Positions 49,206 to 62,103 of a stretch of 64,000 nucleotides of DNA are shown piece by piece. Every line of letters begins with the position of its first letter. Position 1 is the stretch's first letter. The notes beneath the pieces were generated by a model, which searched no databases, was not told where the DNA came from, and saw nothing but the letters and a program-made list of their open reading frames with translations. The stretch is from Haliotis rubra. Taxonomy: Eukaryota. The position numbers and the translations under genes were made by a program. Location of the stretch: the NCBI RefSeq assembly GCF_003918875.1, contig NW_025765187.1:1-64000 (forward strand), written 5' to 3'.

Positions 49206-52200
49206 GACGTGTTTCAAATATACTCTTATAAAAAGTAGGTGGATTTTATTTTTCATTTACGATTGATAAAGCTGGGAGATATATCGGAGTAAATCAATGT
49301 TGATATGATGATAATGAACATTTTAGTGTGCATCGCCACTTGCGCTTCCTGATGACCATAGTTTGTACAGTAATCCCTCTAAAAGGATGATTGGTGTATG
49401 ATGTGAAATTTGCATGTGTATGCGATTTGCATTCAGTTGTATGTGATTCCAGCAAACAACTGTATAACAGATGCAAGATGATTGTCAAAAACGATGGTCT
49501 ACAGTGATTTATCGACTAGCTTTGAAAACCGTCAAAATCCAGAATGACACCCGATGCACGTGTATGGGGCTACTGCGTTGTGCACGCATCCCATAATTGT
49601 ATGTTTAGGGTTGGTGATCAAGAGAAATGGCTGTGCGTTCATAAGATGTCGGTCTTTGAAGCTTTTCTTGACTCTTGTACTTCCTATCTAAATTTAAAGT
49701 TCAGGTTCCCCTGCTTTTTTTAAGAGTATGTGAACATAATTCGATCACACAACACAATATCTGTTACAGGCCAACTTCTGGTACTGTTTATGGCTTTTCA
49801 TGTCATTCATAAAGTTAGCACATTGACCAAACACTGGATCTCATGTCTTATAGCAAATAGTTTTAATCACAGATGGGTGAGACAAACGTTGATGAAGAAA
49901 ACAGTAACAAATATCCATTATTATCATTTTATTCTTCATTTTTTCAATGTCCAATGTGGTTTAAGTGACTCACGAACTGTCTATCCGTAAAATCGAATTT
50001 ATATGTTTTTCTGCATTTCTATAGGAATGTTTATGTATTATGAATATTCAATAAATATACTGCTAAAACTCACTCAGTAACTCACTCACTCACTCCACAG
50101 AAGTACCTCTGTGGCCGCCATTTTTCTGAATAACTACAATCCATCTCCTGTATATTAGTTGTACAAGTACTCCCTACCACAGAGCCTAGATCTTGTATGG
50201 AAGTCACGAAGACATAAGGGCTTAAGATCGCTGTGTCGGACAAGGTGGTGGGGTAGCCTAGCAATTTAAGCTGTTCGTTCGCCATGCCGAAGATAATGGT
50301 TCGATTCTCCACGAAGTTTACAATATGTTAACCCCATTTCTGGTGTCCCACACGTGATATTGCTGGAATATTGGTAAAAGCGGCATAAAACTAAACTCAC
50401 TCACCTCCGAGGAACAATTTGACATTTTACAATACAAATATAGCGCTACAATTTAATTTTGATAAAAATTAGAGCTTAGATGGCTCTGTGGAACAGCATC
50501 AGGTTCCTGGCCAAGGGACCTTGAAAGAAATATTTTGCTGAGCACGAATATTTTCTTAATTAAGTCTTAAGAGTTAAAACAAAACATAGAGTTATTTTCA
50601 TGATCCCAGAGCCTGGTTGTGATGTAGACAAGAATTAGGACCAATTCTAACCAGGAACTCTCTGTGTGTGAAAAGTTGAGAGAAAACAAAGACTGACTGA
50701 CTGAATGAGTTTGGTTTTACGCCGCTTTTAGCAATATTCCAGCAACATCACGGCCGGGGACACCAGAAATGGGCTTCACACATTGTACCCATGGAGAAAC
50801 CAAAGAAGTATTTCTCAGGCACTTGTCACTTCGACCAGACAATCCACTGATGAACATTACATCACTGACATATTTGAATAGGATGACATTGATCAGACAA
50901 GTCTGACCACACAAAGTCTGGCCCATATCATCAGTGAGCAATTTGTATAGGATGTCATATATGCATCAAACAAAGCTGAAAGTCTGACAAAACGGAAATT
51001 TCCGAGTCTCGACCAGACAATCAAGTGATTAACATGACATCAGTACCTTGTATCGGACTGACATTCATCTAATTATAACTAGTCTGTGACTCTGGCCACA
51101 CCATCCTACCAGTTGCTTTAAACAACAAGCATGGGAAGCTCGCGGATCAACCACACGTTGAAATCATGATACAGGATGGTAGGGTAGTCTAGTGATTAAA
51201 GCATTCGCTTGTCACGCCAAGGACCCAGGTTCAATTCATGTATACAATGTCTTGAAGCCTATATCTGGTGTCCTCTGCCATGATATCACTGGAATATTGC
51301 TAAAGCGTAAAACCAAACTCACTCACTCACTCAAATCATGATATCAGTAATTGATACAGGACAATCTGTTAAGTTCAAATTGTTTATTGTGTGATATTTT
51401 TCTACAGCTTTGTACATATTATGTTTAAGGTATTATTTTCAATTGTGACACAATCAAACACAATAGCACTGGACAGAAGGAAGAAAATCACAAGGGTTAA
51501 AGCATCTAGACTGGACAGTTAAAGTGAAAGGGGTTAACACTAGCAGTCACTGTCCATCACTTGCAGCCTTAACCCTTTAACACTTGCTACAAGTGCAATG
51601 GTTTTAATGTCAAACATGTAATACCAGTCAGCAGCAGAAGGGTTAAGGTGGTGACGACACAAGTTCAGCATCAAAGAGCTTCAACATTTTCAGGATTTCA
51701 ATAAAATACCTATTGTCATCTCAGCAGAAACATTAGAAAGACAATCCAGGATTTTCAAGGAGGAACAGAACTTGTAAATTATACTTTTAGTTTAGTCATA
51801 AGAACTTCCTATTTTCCAATTTTACATTCGCTGGAATGATTGTAGGTACACTTCACATGATTAAAAAAAAGTAAAATATTTTGTTTGGTCATAAGCGTCC
51901 ATTACAGAATAAGGTATTTTCAAAAGAAGGGTTTAAACCTCTAGACCCCGACAATTGAATAAAGTATTCCTACCAGGTGGAGTCTGGTCATTTGGCTCTG
52001 TTGAGGATCGATATCAGGAACAGGAATGAATACAAAACTAGTTCCCCATCGAAAGAAATTTTAAGTTGGAACTTAGTTCTGTATAGCCTTAATATGGTTT
52101 AGCTCCCTCTTGCAATTTCTGTCAGGTCCAGGGTGCTGGTGATGACAATCCTACCAAATAGTAGTCATCTATTCCTTCATCCATCATTCCAATTAGAAAT

Positions 52201-55135
52201 GTATGGATCTGAATGTCTGCTATTTTCTATGACACCTGCTTAATGTGAGGGAAGATATTGCTGAAATATCATCACTATTATCTCCTATATAAATTTTGAA
52301 ACCATCAGCTGCTGTTCTGGGTCCTTAAAATCAGTACATTATATGCAAAGGTGCAATACTGACTTCAACGTGTCTACAGTAAACCCCTAGAATTTGGTTC
52401 AGACTCTCCCACGAAAACATCTCAAGAATCCATTTTGAAAATATAGGGTTGAAAGAATTCATGAATATGACAAAGCCAGTGCAAAGTTCAAAAGTCCATC
52501 ACAATTTGGAATTCATTGGAAATATATTACAGTTTCCCTTGCTAAGTGATACAGACAAACACAAAACCAATTGCCTTGTCTTGGGCCTGGTGATCTATGT
52601 ACAGTTAACCATTCAATTGTAACAAGCCATTGTCTCTCAGTAATGTCTACAGTCTCAATCTTGTCTTTGGGACTTTAATACATACATTTTTTCATATTAG
52701 CCTACAGATATTCCATCAAAATTTCAGGGTACAATTTCTTTCTGGACCAACACTTAAGGGCCTTCCTAAATTTTGATGGCTTGCAGTAACAGTAATGATT
52801 TTCACTCTGCTGCAAACTGGATTGTAGATTAGTTTTAAGACGTGAGAATATTCCATATATTATTTTCATAATACTGTGGGTTCCCCTGCATCTTAGTTTT
52901 TTCATGAAAAATGGCAGAAAATCTTTCAACAACACTAATGCCATATTATCTTCAGTTAAATCAGTTCAAAAATTTAACATTCAAGAAATATTAAGAATTT
53001 GAATGATTTTATCAACATGCAAAAAGGAAATAAGTCACTTCACATACAATTACATGCTAATTTTCATTTAATCATATAGAACGTTAACAATTAAACTTCA
53101 TTCACGCCAGATTTTCAAGACTGCATTACCCTAGCCAGAACATCACTACCATGATCCATGTCAAAGTTCACTTGCTAGTCTACAGAAATGCTATAAAACA
53201 TACAAAGGGTATCACATTCCATCACGGTGTCCAAGGTAATTATAAGAAGAATTATGCAATAAAATGGACCATAGTATGTTGGTAACAATTCATTAACATC
53301 GGAATAATCAGTAACAATGAGGAAACAATATAGAAACAAGGAAACAAAACCATTTCACACATGGGACATCTTGGTGTCAACATTTGCATTCAAGTTGCTG
53401 AGATGAATCGAAGACTTGCGACTGATGGACGGAAACTGACGTGACGTGACGCTGTCAGTGTCAGTGCCCGATTTCATCAAGTGCTTGTCACTCTTCTACA
53501 GGTGACTCAGCCTGACTAGTTCACTTCCACTCAAACAGGTAATAAAATAACTAATTCTATTACTAACCCAGCCAGAAATTGATGATTATGCAAATCTAAC
53601 ATCAAAACTTGAGAAAGTTTCTATATAAACATAACATGAATTTTCAACATTTCAATATATTATCTGCACAATAAAATAAATAAATCTTGCTGCATGGTTT
53701 AATGCACTAAACAACAAACAACAACATATTCACAGTTTAACAGTTTTACTCGTAAGTACTCCTTAGGTCATTCCTTTTTAAAAGTTGTATTTTTTCAAAG
53801 CTGTATGGTTGATCTTGGACACATATTTAGTAAAAAAACAATTTTAAGAAATACCTGAAATGAATAATTATTATTTGTGGAATTCCTTTGGCTGGACCGA
53901 AACACTGAATATATCAATGAAATCACATAAATGAAATTTCTTACAAGCACATAAATAATGACCACATCAACTGTATTCCACACACTTTCAAGGATTGTCA
54001 AAATACCCAACAATAAATCGCTTTTATGTCACATAATAAATACAAATACTTTTAAACTGGACTGCCAAAGTATCACCTTTATCTTGGAATGTTTGAATTC
54101 CACAGAGGATGCTCAAGATCTTACACATAATAATAATTCAAAATTCTTTTTTATGATATAGTGGCCCACATGTTTTTCAAGGGCACTTTCCCTGTCTCAC
54201 ATGGAACTAACGAAGTTGAGATTACAATCGAAAGCAGTATATGAAATAAAATCTTGACCAAAACCAACAAAATAGTTAAATAAAGGATATTTTGATGTGA
54301 AAATTAACTGAGATAACATATCAACATTGCACCCATATAACATTATGTCTCATCACAAGCAATATTTGATAGTACCATGAGGATTCAAACCTAGAACCTG
54401 AGTGATCAAACTAACAATGGTTTAAATATAAGCCAATATTTGATACCACTTTTATCATTTGAAACCTCGTTCCAAAACAGTTTCAGACATTACTAATTTC
54501 AAAACGATGTCATTGTTCTCAATGGCAATATTTATAAAACAAAGATCAACAAAAATTAAATATGAAACGAAATCCTCTAATTTAATTTGATAGGATACAA
54601 ATATATTAAAAACCTATACCCTGGTTTCCCACTTGATACTGACATCTCAACTGATCCATGTGGCCTTTACTAATCCAGTTAAACATATTAAACCACCCAA
54701 AACAACACAAGAAATCTCAGCATCGATTTCTAAACATGAAAAACCAAAATGATCATTATTCACTGATTTGTTAGCAGGCAAATCAAATAAAGGAAGGAAT
54801 TATCAATAATTAGCGTATTAATCCACAAATGTCCACATGTTATTTCATCAGCAGTGCTTTATTGTCAATTTGCTATACTGTAGTTTAAGTCTGAAAAGCT
54901 GCTACACTGTACATCCTGTTAGCCCTGTACTATAGCAAAGCTACGATCTAATACTGAAGCGAGCCCTGAGTTAACAAGTAACATACACACACATACCCCT
55001 GCAGAGGACTCCACACCTGTAAATAATTTCCCAGAAGCCTCCCTCGCTATCAAACTGTAATTCCTTTTACATAATAAACAATATTTCCCTCACTTTCTAT
55101 GAAGATGGTAAGAATATTTTAATTCAGCACAACAG

Positions 55136-55511
55136 TAGAGCTGCAACTATTCACCCAGACCTCGATTCGATTCGATTTTTCGATATTGGATCCTCGATTC
55201 GATCATTTTTATTCAATTCTTCATACAAGTAAAACATCAGATTTCATTTAACTCTCAGAGTCAGCATTTTTAGCATGAAATGCATCATCAACTAACAATA
55301 ATTTTCATTGGATAATTAGCCCGGCGTTGGCCAATCACGTTTGCCTTATTTCAGCCGAAACTGCTGGAGTCAAAATTTCGGTCTGGCTGTGTGGAAATAA
55401 TTTAAATAGGTATTCAAATATCGAATCGAAATAGTGATAATGGTTATTGAAGATCGAAACTAAGGTGCCAGATTCCATTTTGATGAATCGAACTGAATCG
55501 TTGCAGCCCTA
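55136..55511. mobile_element. Non-autonomous hAT-like MITE (376 bp)
   Basis: TIRs TAGAGCTGCAACTATTC / GAATCGTTGCAGCCCTA, with perfect 8-bp TSD CACAACAG (55128-55135 / 55512-55519). Confidence 0.92.
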
Positions 55512-56171
55512 CACAACAGTGTCAACAGGTCAGTGATTTCAGTTGCTTTTTCCATTCAGTACAAATTTACTTTATATGTTTTTGAAACAATTTCTTGACT
55601 TGTATTTTTGAAGTATCATAAATGCTTGTGTAAATAAACATCTACATTTTTCTTTTTTCAAAAATTAGCACATTTTCTTCTTGTATTATCTTTTTCTCGG
55701 TACTGAAATTTTATGGCCGCTACATAAAATGAATCAACGAAAGTCCAGCTCCTCCTGAATTTCACACAATTTCTATTAAAAGCAGACTTTTACCATGAAA
55801 AAATACAAAAATGATTGACTGCCTGATATATATATTCATCTCACATGAGAAATTATAAAACAAATATCATAGCCTAGCAATATTTTATGTTTGAATATAA
55901 ACTCCGTAAAGCATTAAGTGTAAATCACCTCAGAGGTTCTTAAGAGTCAAATGGCTATATTACATGATATCCAAAGAGACTCCACAACACCCCACCAATG
56001 TCAACAGTCACGCACAATCCTAGACAACTGGTATATGCAAACTGAAACTAAATGAAACTGAAAGTAAAAATAACAAATATTTCAAGCCCTAATTTCTACA
56101 TCCCAAACAAAAACACTTCCTAACTTACCAACTACTATCTACATTAACCCTGAAATACAGTGCAAGTTTGT

Positions 56172-56335
56172 GAGTGAGTGAGTTTAGTTTTACAGCTTTT
56201 AGCAATATTCCACCAATATCACGGCAGGGGACACCAGAAATGGGCTTCACACATTGTACCCATGTTGGGAATCGAACCCGGTCTTCAGGGTGACGAGCCA
56301 ATGCTTTAACCACTAGGCAACCCCAATCACCAGCT
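56172..56335 (-). mobile_element. Full-length family-A SINE with a 12-bp TSD
   Basis: TSD GTGCAAGTTTGT (56160-56171 / 56336-56347) and B box GGTTCGATTCC on the minus strand. Confidence 0.9.
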
Positions 56336-58316
56336 GTGCAAGTTTGTATTACTCCCTAGACAAATATATATTCAAAGGTAAACAATTAAGTAGTTTCAGA
56401 GATATAGCCAATTTATTTTTTCACAAAACAAATCAACACTCCTGGATTGCCATGTTTGCCCTACAAGCATATAAACGCTAGAAAATACTCCTAAAGTGAC
56501 TATGTTAATCCGTGTTGATGGACCATCATCCTCAACGATCAAGGGATAGGTAACTTCACTCTTCCAAACTTACCCTTGGGCCATTAAAGAGATGGTTGAT
56601 GAATAGTAACAATAGTCTGACATCAGTTGCTTATCAGTGAGTGAAACCATTTCAATTTTTTAAGCTAATTTAACAGTACAAAGGATTATATTTGTACCAT
56701 CAGTGCTACATGTAAATAAGGCCAGACACATTTTAAACTTGTCTTCTGAATCCATTCCCAAAATTGAATTGGAAAAGTAACCCTAAACAAAGTAGAGTTA
56801 TTTTATTCCAACCAGAATTGAGTTGGGTTAAAACACCAACATTTACTATCACTATCAAAGTTTAATCATTTCAAGTACAATTAAAACTGAAAACTTTCTC
56901 CCCAAAACAGCTTGGATGAAACCCTGTTAGTTTGTGTCTCTCGTCCTCTTTACGATTTGGAGGAAATATTATTATAGTCTGACCTGATCGGTGTACTCCA
57001 CCTTGAGAGGGCAAATGGCTGCTTGACTCTATTCCTTCAGTACTGCCCTATGGGTCAGATGCTGGAATGTGAGTTCAGTGGTCAACCCAGGAATGAACCA
57101 TCTTTGGAAATTAAGGTCAGGTTTTGTAAATATTCATACATTCAGATAATGTAAACTTACTTTCTAGGAAGGAAAAATAAGTTGACATCAGCACTCTGAT
57201 TCCAATACATTGAACTCTGACAAAGTTCATTCTAAAACAACACCATCTTCTGACATACAGACCAGAATCTCACAGACCCCACGCATATAGAATGTCAAAA
57301 GTATTGCGAGAAAAACATGACAGAGAAAGATGAAAATTTATGTCATCCAAGGGTGATCCGCTTCCTCAGTGAATGGAATGTCTTCCACAAAAAGAATTTA
57401 CAAAACTAGAAGCATCTATATACAACATAAATAATTTAAATCAGCTCCTTATGTCACTGCTGTACATGTGGCAAATTATACATATTTAAATAGAGAACAG
57501 TGTTCTCCTGCCAAGGTCATGGCCACCTGGGTCACTGTGACCCAGGTCTTGGCAATGTAGGTCATCGCGACCTTCCTCTCCTTACCAATATTGCACTGTT
57601 GTGTTCACCCTTCACCTTAGAACAACCAAACACCAGGATTTCTAGGACAATATAGGATGATGGATGCAAATGAGCACACAACCAATTCATGTAATACAAC
57701 ACAGTAGAGTTACTTCCCTTGCAAGGGTGACAGTAATAATACTACGCTTCACACCTACCATTGCACTGAGGATGCAAACCGAGATAGAAATATAGTATTA
57801 TAAAAGTAAACTTACATATGGTACATAGTTTATATCTGTGTTGATTAGGGAATGGAATAAATAAGTCAAAATAGGTCAGCAAGGTGTAACGATCAATCAC
57901 AGAGTGCCGATTCGTGGTCTCAACATACTCCAACCAGAACAGGACTGACGAGTGTGAAGTGTTGAGCAGCACTGGTCCCAGATCTGAGAGGTATTTTTTC
58001 ACAGACAGAAAGCCTGCAAAACATGCCATCATGCTACTCCAAGCTTATCAACACATGCAGCTCTCCCAATCGTATCTCAATCGCTTGCCAATCACTAATC
58101 AATGATTGCATGAGGAACGCCCTGTATCTCCCGTGATCTTCCACTGCCACAGCGCACGACTTTGGCAATGTGGCATAAGTGTGCTTGACTGCAGCCTACT
58201 TAATTAATGTGCGGGTACCACAGTGCCTGTTTCCATGGTAACATGGTGCAGTATCCACAGTAACAATCTCTAGCCGGGTTGGCGGGTGCGTGTGGGCAAG
58301 GTCTGTGTCACGCTGT

Positions 58317-58454
58317 CTAGAACTGGTACCACTTCTTGTCCTTGTATCTGCTCATGATCTGGTGTGCTGCTTGAGCGAAACTCTCTGCCTGGGACAACAT
58401 TTGGGCTGACTTGTCGTCCAGTTCGCCAATCTTCTCACCTCTCTCCACCAAAGC
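58317..58454 (-). CDS. STXBP5: Tomosyn / syntaxin-binding protein 5-like, last coding exon (C-terminal R-SNARE motif)
   Basis: TGTCTGTACAG|ALVERGEKIGELDDKSAQMLSQAESFAQAAHQIMSRYKDKKWYQF*. The YKDKKWYQF terminus is the tomosyn signature. Confidence 0.95.
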   Translation of the reverse strand, partial: ALVERGEKIGELDDKSAQMLSQAESFAQAAHQIMSRYKDKKWYQF

Positions 58455-59176
58455 CTGTACAGACAAATATTCCAGTGCAATAATAGTCATTGTCATTGGG
58501 ATCTAGAGGATGTCCTGTTACGATTCATTCACGTATTCAGTAAATAAAACCGTATCTCTTCATGAATATAATTCATTGTATGTGATCACTGGAACTGAAC
58601 ATTGACAAATATGTTTAAGAGAGTGTTTTCACTTCAAACTAGTTTATTGCTGAGTGAGACACGCAAAATGAAATATTTCCAAGCCATGCAGTAGAGTAAC
58701 TTGTGTGAAACCCTCACGGCATAGTCATTAGGCTTTAAGCAGCAGAGTTCGTGATGTATTGTATTTTGTGTGTGCTTAATAGCAAATATCACTTAAATGT
58801 TTCAACCTAAGCAACTGCATGACATGTTTGTTATTGTAATTCCTAGATATTAACCACAAAGTATTCGTTAATAAATATTCGCAGTCGTTACTATACATTA
58901 AAGTAGAAACATATCATATCAGCCTCATAGTGTATTCATTGCAGCTCTAGTATCTGAACCCAGGAATCCTGATTTTTCAGAATGGAGAAAAATCTAAACT
59001 GAGTGCGATTACTTCTATTCAGAACAAGAAGACATGGTCATCTATATTCCCCCGCCAGAATGTTCTGTTCCTATTTTGACAACTATTCATTCTTCCTAAA
59101 AATAGCAATACATAAGATGTTAAATGAGAAATTCTGTTCCCATTGGGAAAATGTGCATTAAGTCAAGAAAGCGTGT

Positions 59177-59340
59177 GACAAGCTGTAACCACGGTTTCGT
59201 TCGAACTCCTAGGTATTCATGTCCTGAAAACACCCACCAAATTTGGTTTCCCTATCTATAACGTTTTTTGAGAAAATCTGTCCCCATCATCTCACACTGA
59301 CGGATGGATCAATGGATGGACGGAGCTCGAACCTACAAAC
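59177..59340 (+). mobile_element. Fragment of a Helentron/HINE-like non-autonomous repeat
   Basis: ACAAG start, CCACCAAATTTGGT..., TTTTGAGAAAA and a GACGGATGGA microsatellite-like stretch resemble such elements. Not verified. Confidence 0.35.
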
Positions 59341-60041
59341 ATTCGGAATCAGTGACAGATGTGGGAAACATATTATTTAGAAATCCCATATCTGACTGGT
59401 TAAAGTAACCATGCCTTATGTCCAGCCTTTCCAGGATCTTGACAGAGGTTTTAAATCTGAGTACTAGAACTGATTTTAACGAGATTGCCTAAAGTGTATA
59501 GGGGACCAGTCAATTATAATATGGGGTTGGATGAAAGGAAATCGGGGAAGGGTCACTAAAACATATATAGTATAGTACTATAGAAAAGCTGACCTCATAG
59601 ATAAGCTCGACCCTTAACTTGACCCTTAAAATCAGTGTAAAATAGTATGTTTCGATGCATAAGCCTCACACCCCATGATTGGGTCCTAATCACGGCAAAC
59701 TCAGACCACAGACAACTGGCTGTTACTGATAACTACAATTTCGGTCTTCATTATTCAAAGAAATCACAATCATATTTAGGGAGAGTAATGAAAAATAGAC
59801 AAAAAATGCTCATGAATTTTGTCTTTCGAGAGAGGGTAATGAATACAAAGGACTTTCATAACTAAATACATAATGCTCTTTCATTTTGTTTTTTGAAGGA
59901 GGGTCATGCCAGCATCATACAAGAACTCAGGAAGGATAATCCCAAAAATGACAAGGGAAGTGTCTTTACTTTCCAGCAGCTCAGAGCTACAAACACCTCT
60001 GACCACTTCTAATAAATGACCGGTCCTTGGTTCAGACTCAC

Positions 60042-60160
60042 CATCCTGGCCCGAAAGCAATCTCTCCCGATAGCTTACCGCTCTGTGCCTGCAGGTGCTG
60101 TAGCCCACCTCAGGGACATGCTTAGCTAAACCCTTCGATGCCTTCCCACTGTTCTCCCGA
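60042..60160 (-). CDS. STXBP5: Tomosyn penultimate coding exon (three apparent small indels in this sequence)
   Basis: TGTTTCAG|...|GTGAGT boundaries with phases 1 and 0, matching the neighbouring exons. The corrected reading is FGENSGKASKGLAKHVPGGGLQHLQAQSGKLSGEIARARM. Confidence 0.85.
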
Positions 60161-60241
60161 CTGAAACACAAACAAGGTGCAGGTATTATCTCTCCATGGT
60201 TTGACTTACGTTGGCAACAAATGTCATCAGTTTTTAAGCTG

Positions 60242-60246
60242 CTACA

Positions 60247-60301
<55 letters not shown>
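60242..60301 (+). repeat. (CTA)n microsatellite, about 19-20 units
   Basis: Visible directly; it causes the poly-Ser run in ORF 59881-60327. Confidence 0.95.
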
Positions 60302-60375
60302 AAATCCTTGAATCTACAGATCAACAAGCATAAGGTACAGGTGACCTATTCTATCCTGGAATCTGCAAAGAACAT

Positions 60376-60532
60376 AAGTAAGTGAGTGAGTTGGGTTGTA
60401 CGCTGCTCTTAGCAATATTCCAGCAATATCACAGCAGGGACACCAGAAATGGGTTTCACACACTGTACCCATGTGGGGAATAGAACCCGGGACGAAGGAA
60501 CGCTTTAACCAGTAGGCTACCCCACCTCCCCC
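60376..60532 (-). mobile_element. Family-A SINE with a 10-bp TSD
   Basis: TSD CAAAGAACAT (60366-60375 / 60533-60542). Confidence 0.88.
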
Positions 60533-60654
60533 CAAAGAACATGAAGCACTAGGAATCCCTATGTAGGAATCCCTATGTAGGAATCCACAATGTATTGGGG
60601 GCCTTCTTTGCCCTGGAATCCCTTCAGCACAACAAGCACGAGGTCCTGAGGTCA

Positions 60655-61470
60655 CATTCTGCCCCTGGACTCCCATCAACAAGCATGTACTGGGGGCCCA
60701 TTCTGCCCCTGGACTCCATCAACAAGCATGTACTGGGGGCCCATTCTGCCCCTGGACTCCATCAACAAGCATGTACTGGGGGCCCATTCTGCCCTGGACT
60801 CCATCAACAAACATGTACTGGGACCCATTCTGCCCTGGACTCCATCAACAAGCATGTACTGGGGGCCCATTCTGCCCCTGGACTCCATCAACAAGCATGT
60901 ACTGGGGGCCCATTCTGCCCTGGACTCCATCAACAAGCATGTACTGGGGGCCCATTCTGCCCTGGACTCCATCAACAAACATGTACTGGGGACCCATTCT
61001 GCCCTGGACTCCATCAACAAGCATGTACTGGGACCCATTCTGCCCTGGACTCCATCAACAAACATGTACTGGGGACCCATTCTGCCCTGGACTCCATCAA
61101 CAAACATGTACTGGGGACCCATTCTGCCCTGGACTCCATCAACAAACATGTACTGGGGACCCATTCTGCCCTGGACTCCATCAACAAGCATGTACTGGGG
61201 ACCCATTCTGCCCTGGACTCCATCAACAAGCATGTACCATGGGGGACCCATTCTGCCCTGGACTCCATCAACAAGCATGTACTGGGGCCCATTCTGCCCT
61301 GGACTCCATCAACAAGCATGTACCGGGGACCCATTCTGCCCTGGACTCCATCAACAAGCATGTACTGGGGGCCCATTCTGCCCTGGACTCCATCAACAAG
61401 CATGTACCGGGGACCCATTCTGTCCTGGACTCCATCAACAAACATGTACAGGGGGCCCATTCCGCAGTGG
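60655..61470 (+). repeat. 42-bp intronic minisatellite, about 19 copies
   Basis: Unit CCATTCTGCCCTGGACTCCATCAACAAGCATGTACTGGGGGC with +/-1 variants in the G/C runs. Confidence 0.95.
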
Positions 61471-61518
61471 AATCCCAACAGACATATAAGTTAGTTATAA
61501 GTATATAGATAAACCTAC

Positions 61519-61643
61519 ATAGCTCCTCCCTGTCCAGTGTTGAGGGCCCTCCACTGAACAGGTTCTTGAAGAAGCCCTGCTTTGGTGCATCAGGAGTGTC
61601 ACAGGCCAGGAACAAGTCCCCAAGCATGTCATTTAATGTTTCA
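61519..61643 (-). CDS. STXBP5: Tomosyn internal coding exon
   Basis: CTTTCAG|T-ETLNDMLGDLFLACDTPDAPKQGFFKNLFSGGPSTLDREEL-T|GTAGG matches the tomosyn MLGELF...TPEAP..GFFK.LF.GG...LDREELFG motif. Phases are 2 and 1. Confidence 0.95.
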
Positions 61644-61702
61644 CTGAAAGCAGAATCACACATTCAGGTCAGGGAAGTTCAACAACATTGATATCATCGT
61701 AA

Positions 61703-62012
61703 GGCCAGACCAATTTTATTTCTTGTTTTATGGATCCGCCGGTTGTATTTTTTCAAGAATATGAAAAAAAATATAAATTAATTTTCCCTGCTCAAAAAAT
61801 ACAATCCCAATGTTAATGTGATATAAGTGAAATACTCTTGAAATCAGTGAGAAACCTAAACTCACTCAATTTTCTTTTCGTTGTTATGAACAAACCAAAC
61901 TCATGTGGGCTTTTGCTTTCACTGGTGATTTTTTATTTATTTATTTTCACTCCTGCCTTTAGGTTTACTGAAGACAAAAATCCATAAAAAAAGAAATAAA
62001 ATTGGTCTGGCC
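61703..62012. mobile_element. PIF/Harbinger (Tourist-like) MITE
   Basis: Perfect TIR GGCCAGACCAATTTTATTTCTT and TAA TSD (61700-61702 / 62013-62015). Confidence 0.88.
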
Positions 62013-62103
62013 TAAAAATTGATTCACATTTTTCTTTCTCATGTTACAAATTAAACAAGCATACTGTGCTTTTGATGTACAACCGTGTTTGCAGTTACCT
62101 TAG

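Larger units (their letters stand above)
51360..58316 (-). other. Putative long 3' UTR of the tomosyn gene (up to about 7 kb)
   Basis: Follows the tomosyn stop, is U-rich on the minus strand, has few repeats and no coding signal. Candidate AATAAA signals on the minus strand are at 51383-51388 and about 54860. The extent is inferred. Confidence 0.45.

Noticed and set aside
51492-51577. SECIS element
   Set aside because: There is a GUGA on the 5' arm but no correctly placed GA on the 3' arm, and tomosyn ends in TAG with no in-frame UGA.
59881-60327. 148-aa poly-Ser ORF
   Set aside because: It is a composite of the (CTA)n microsatellite, intron sequence and part of the real tomosyn exon.
60595-61508. 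Overlapping 150-300-aa repetitive ORFs
   Set aside because: They are translations of the 42-bp minisatellite; units switch frames at +/-1 variants and the array lies in a tomosyn intron.
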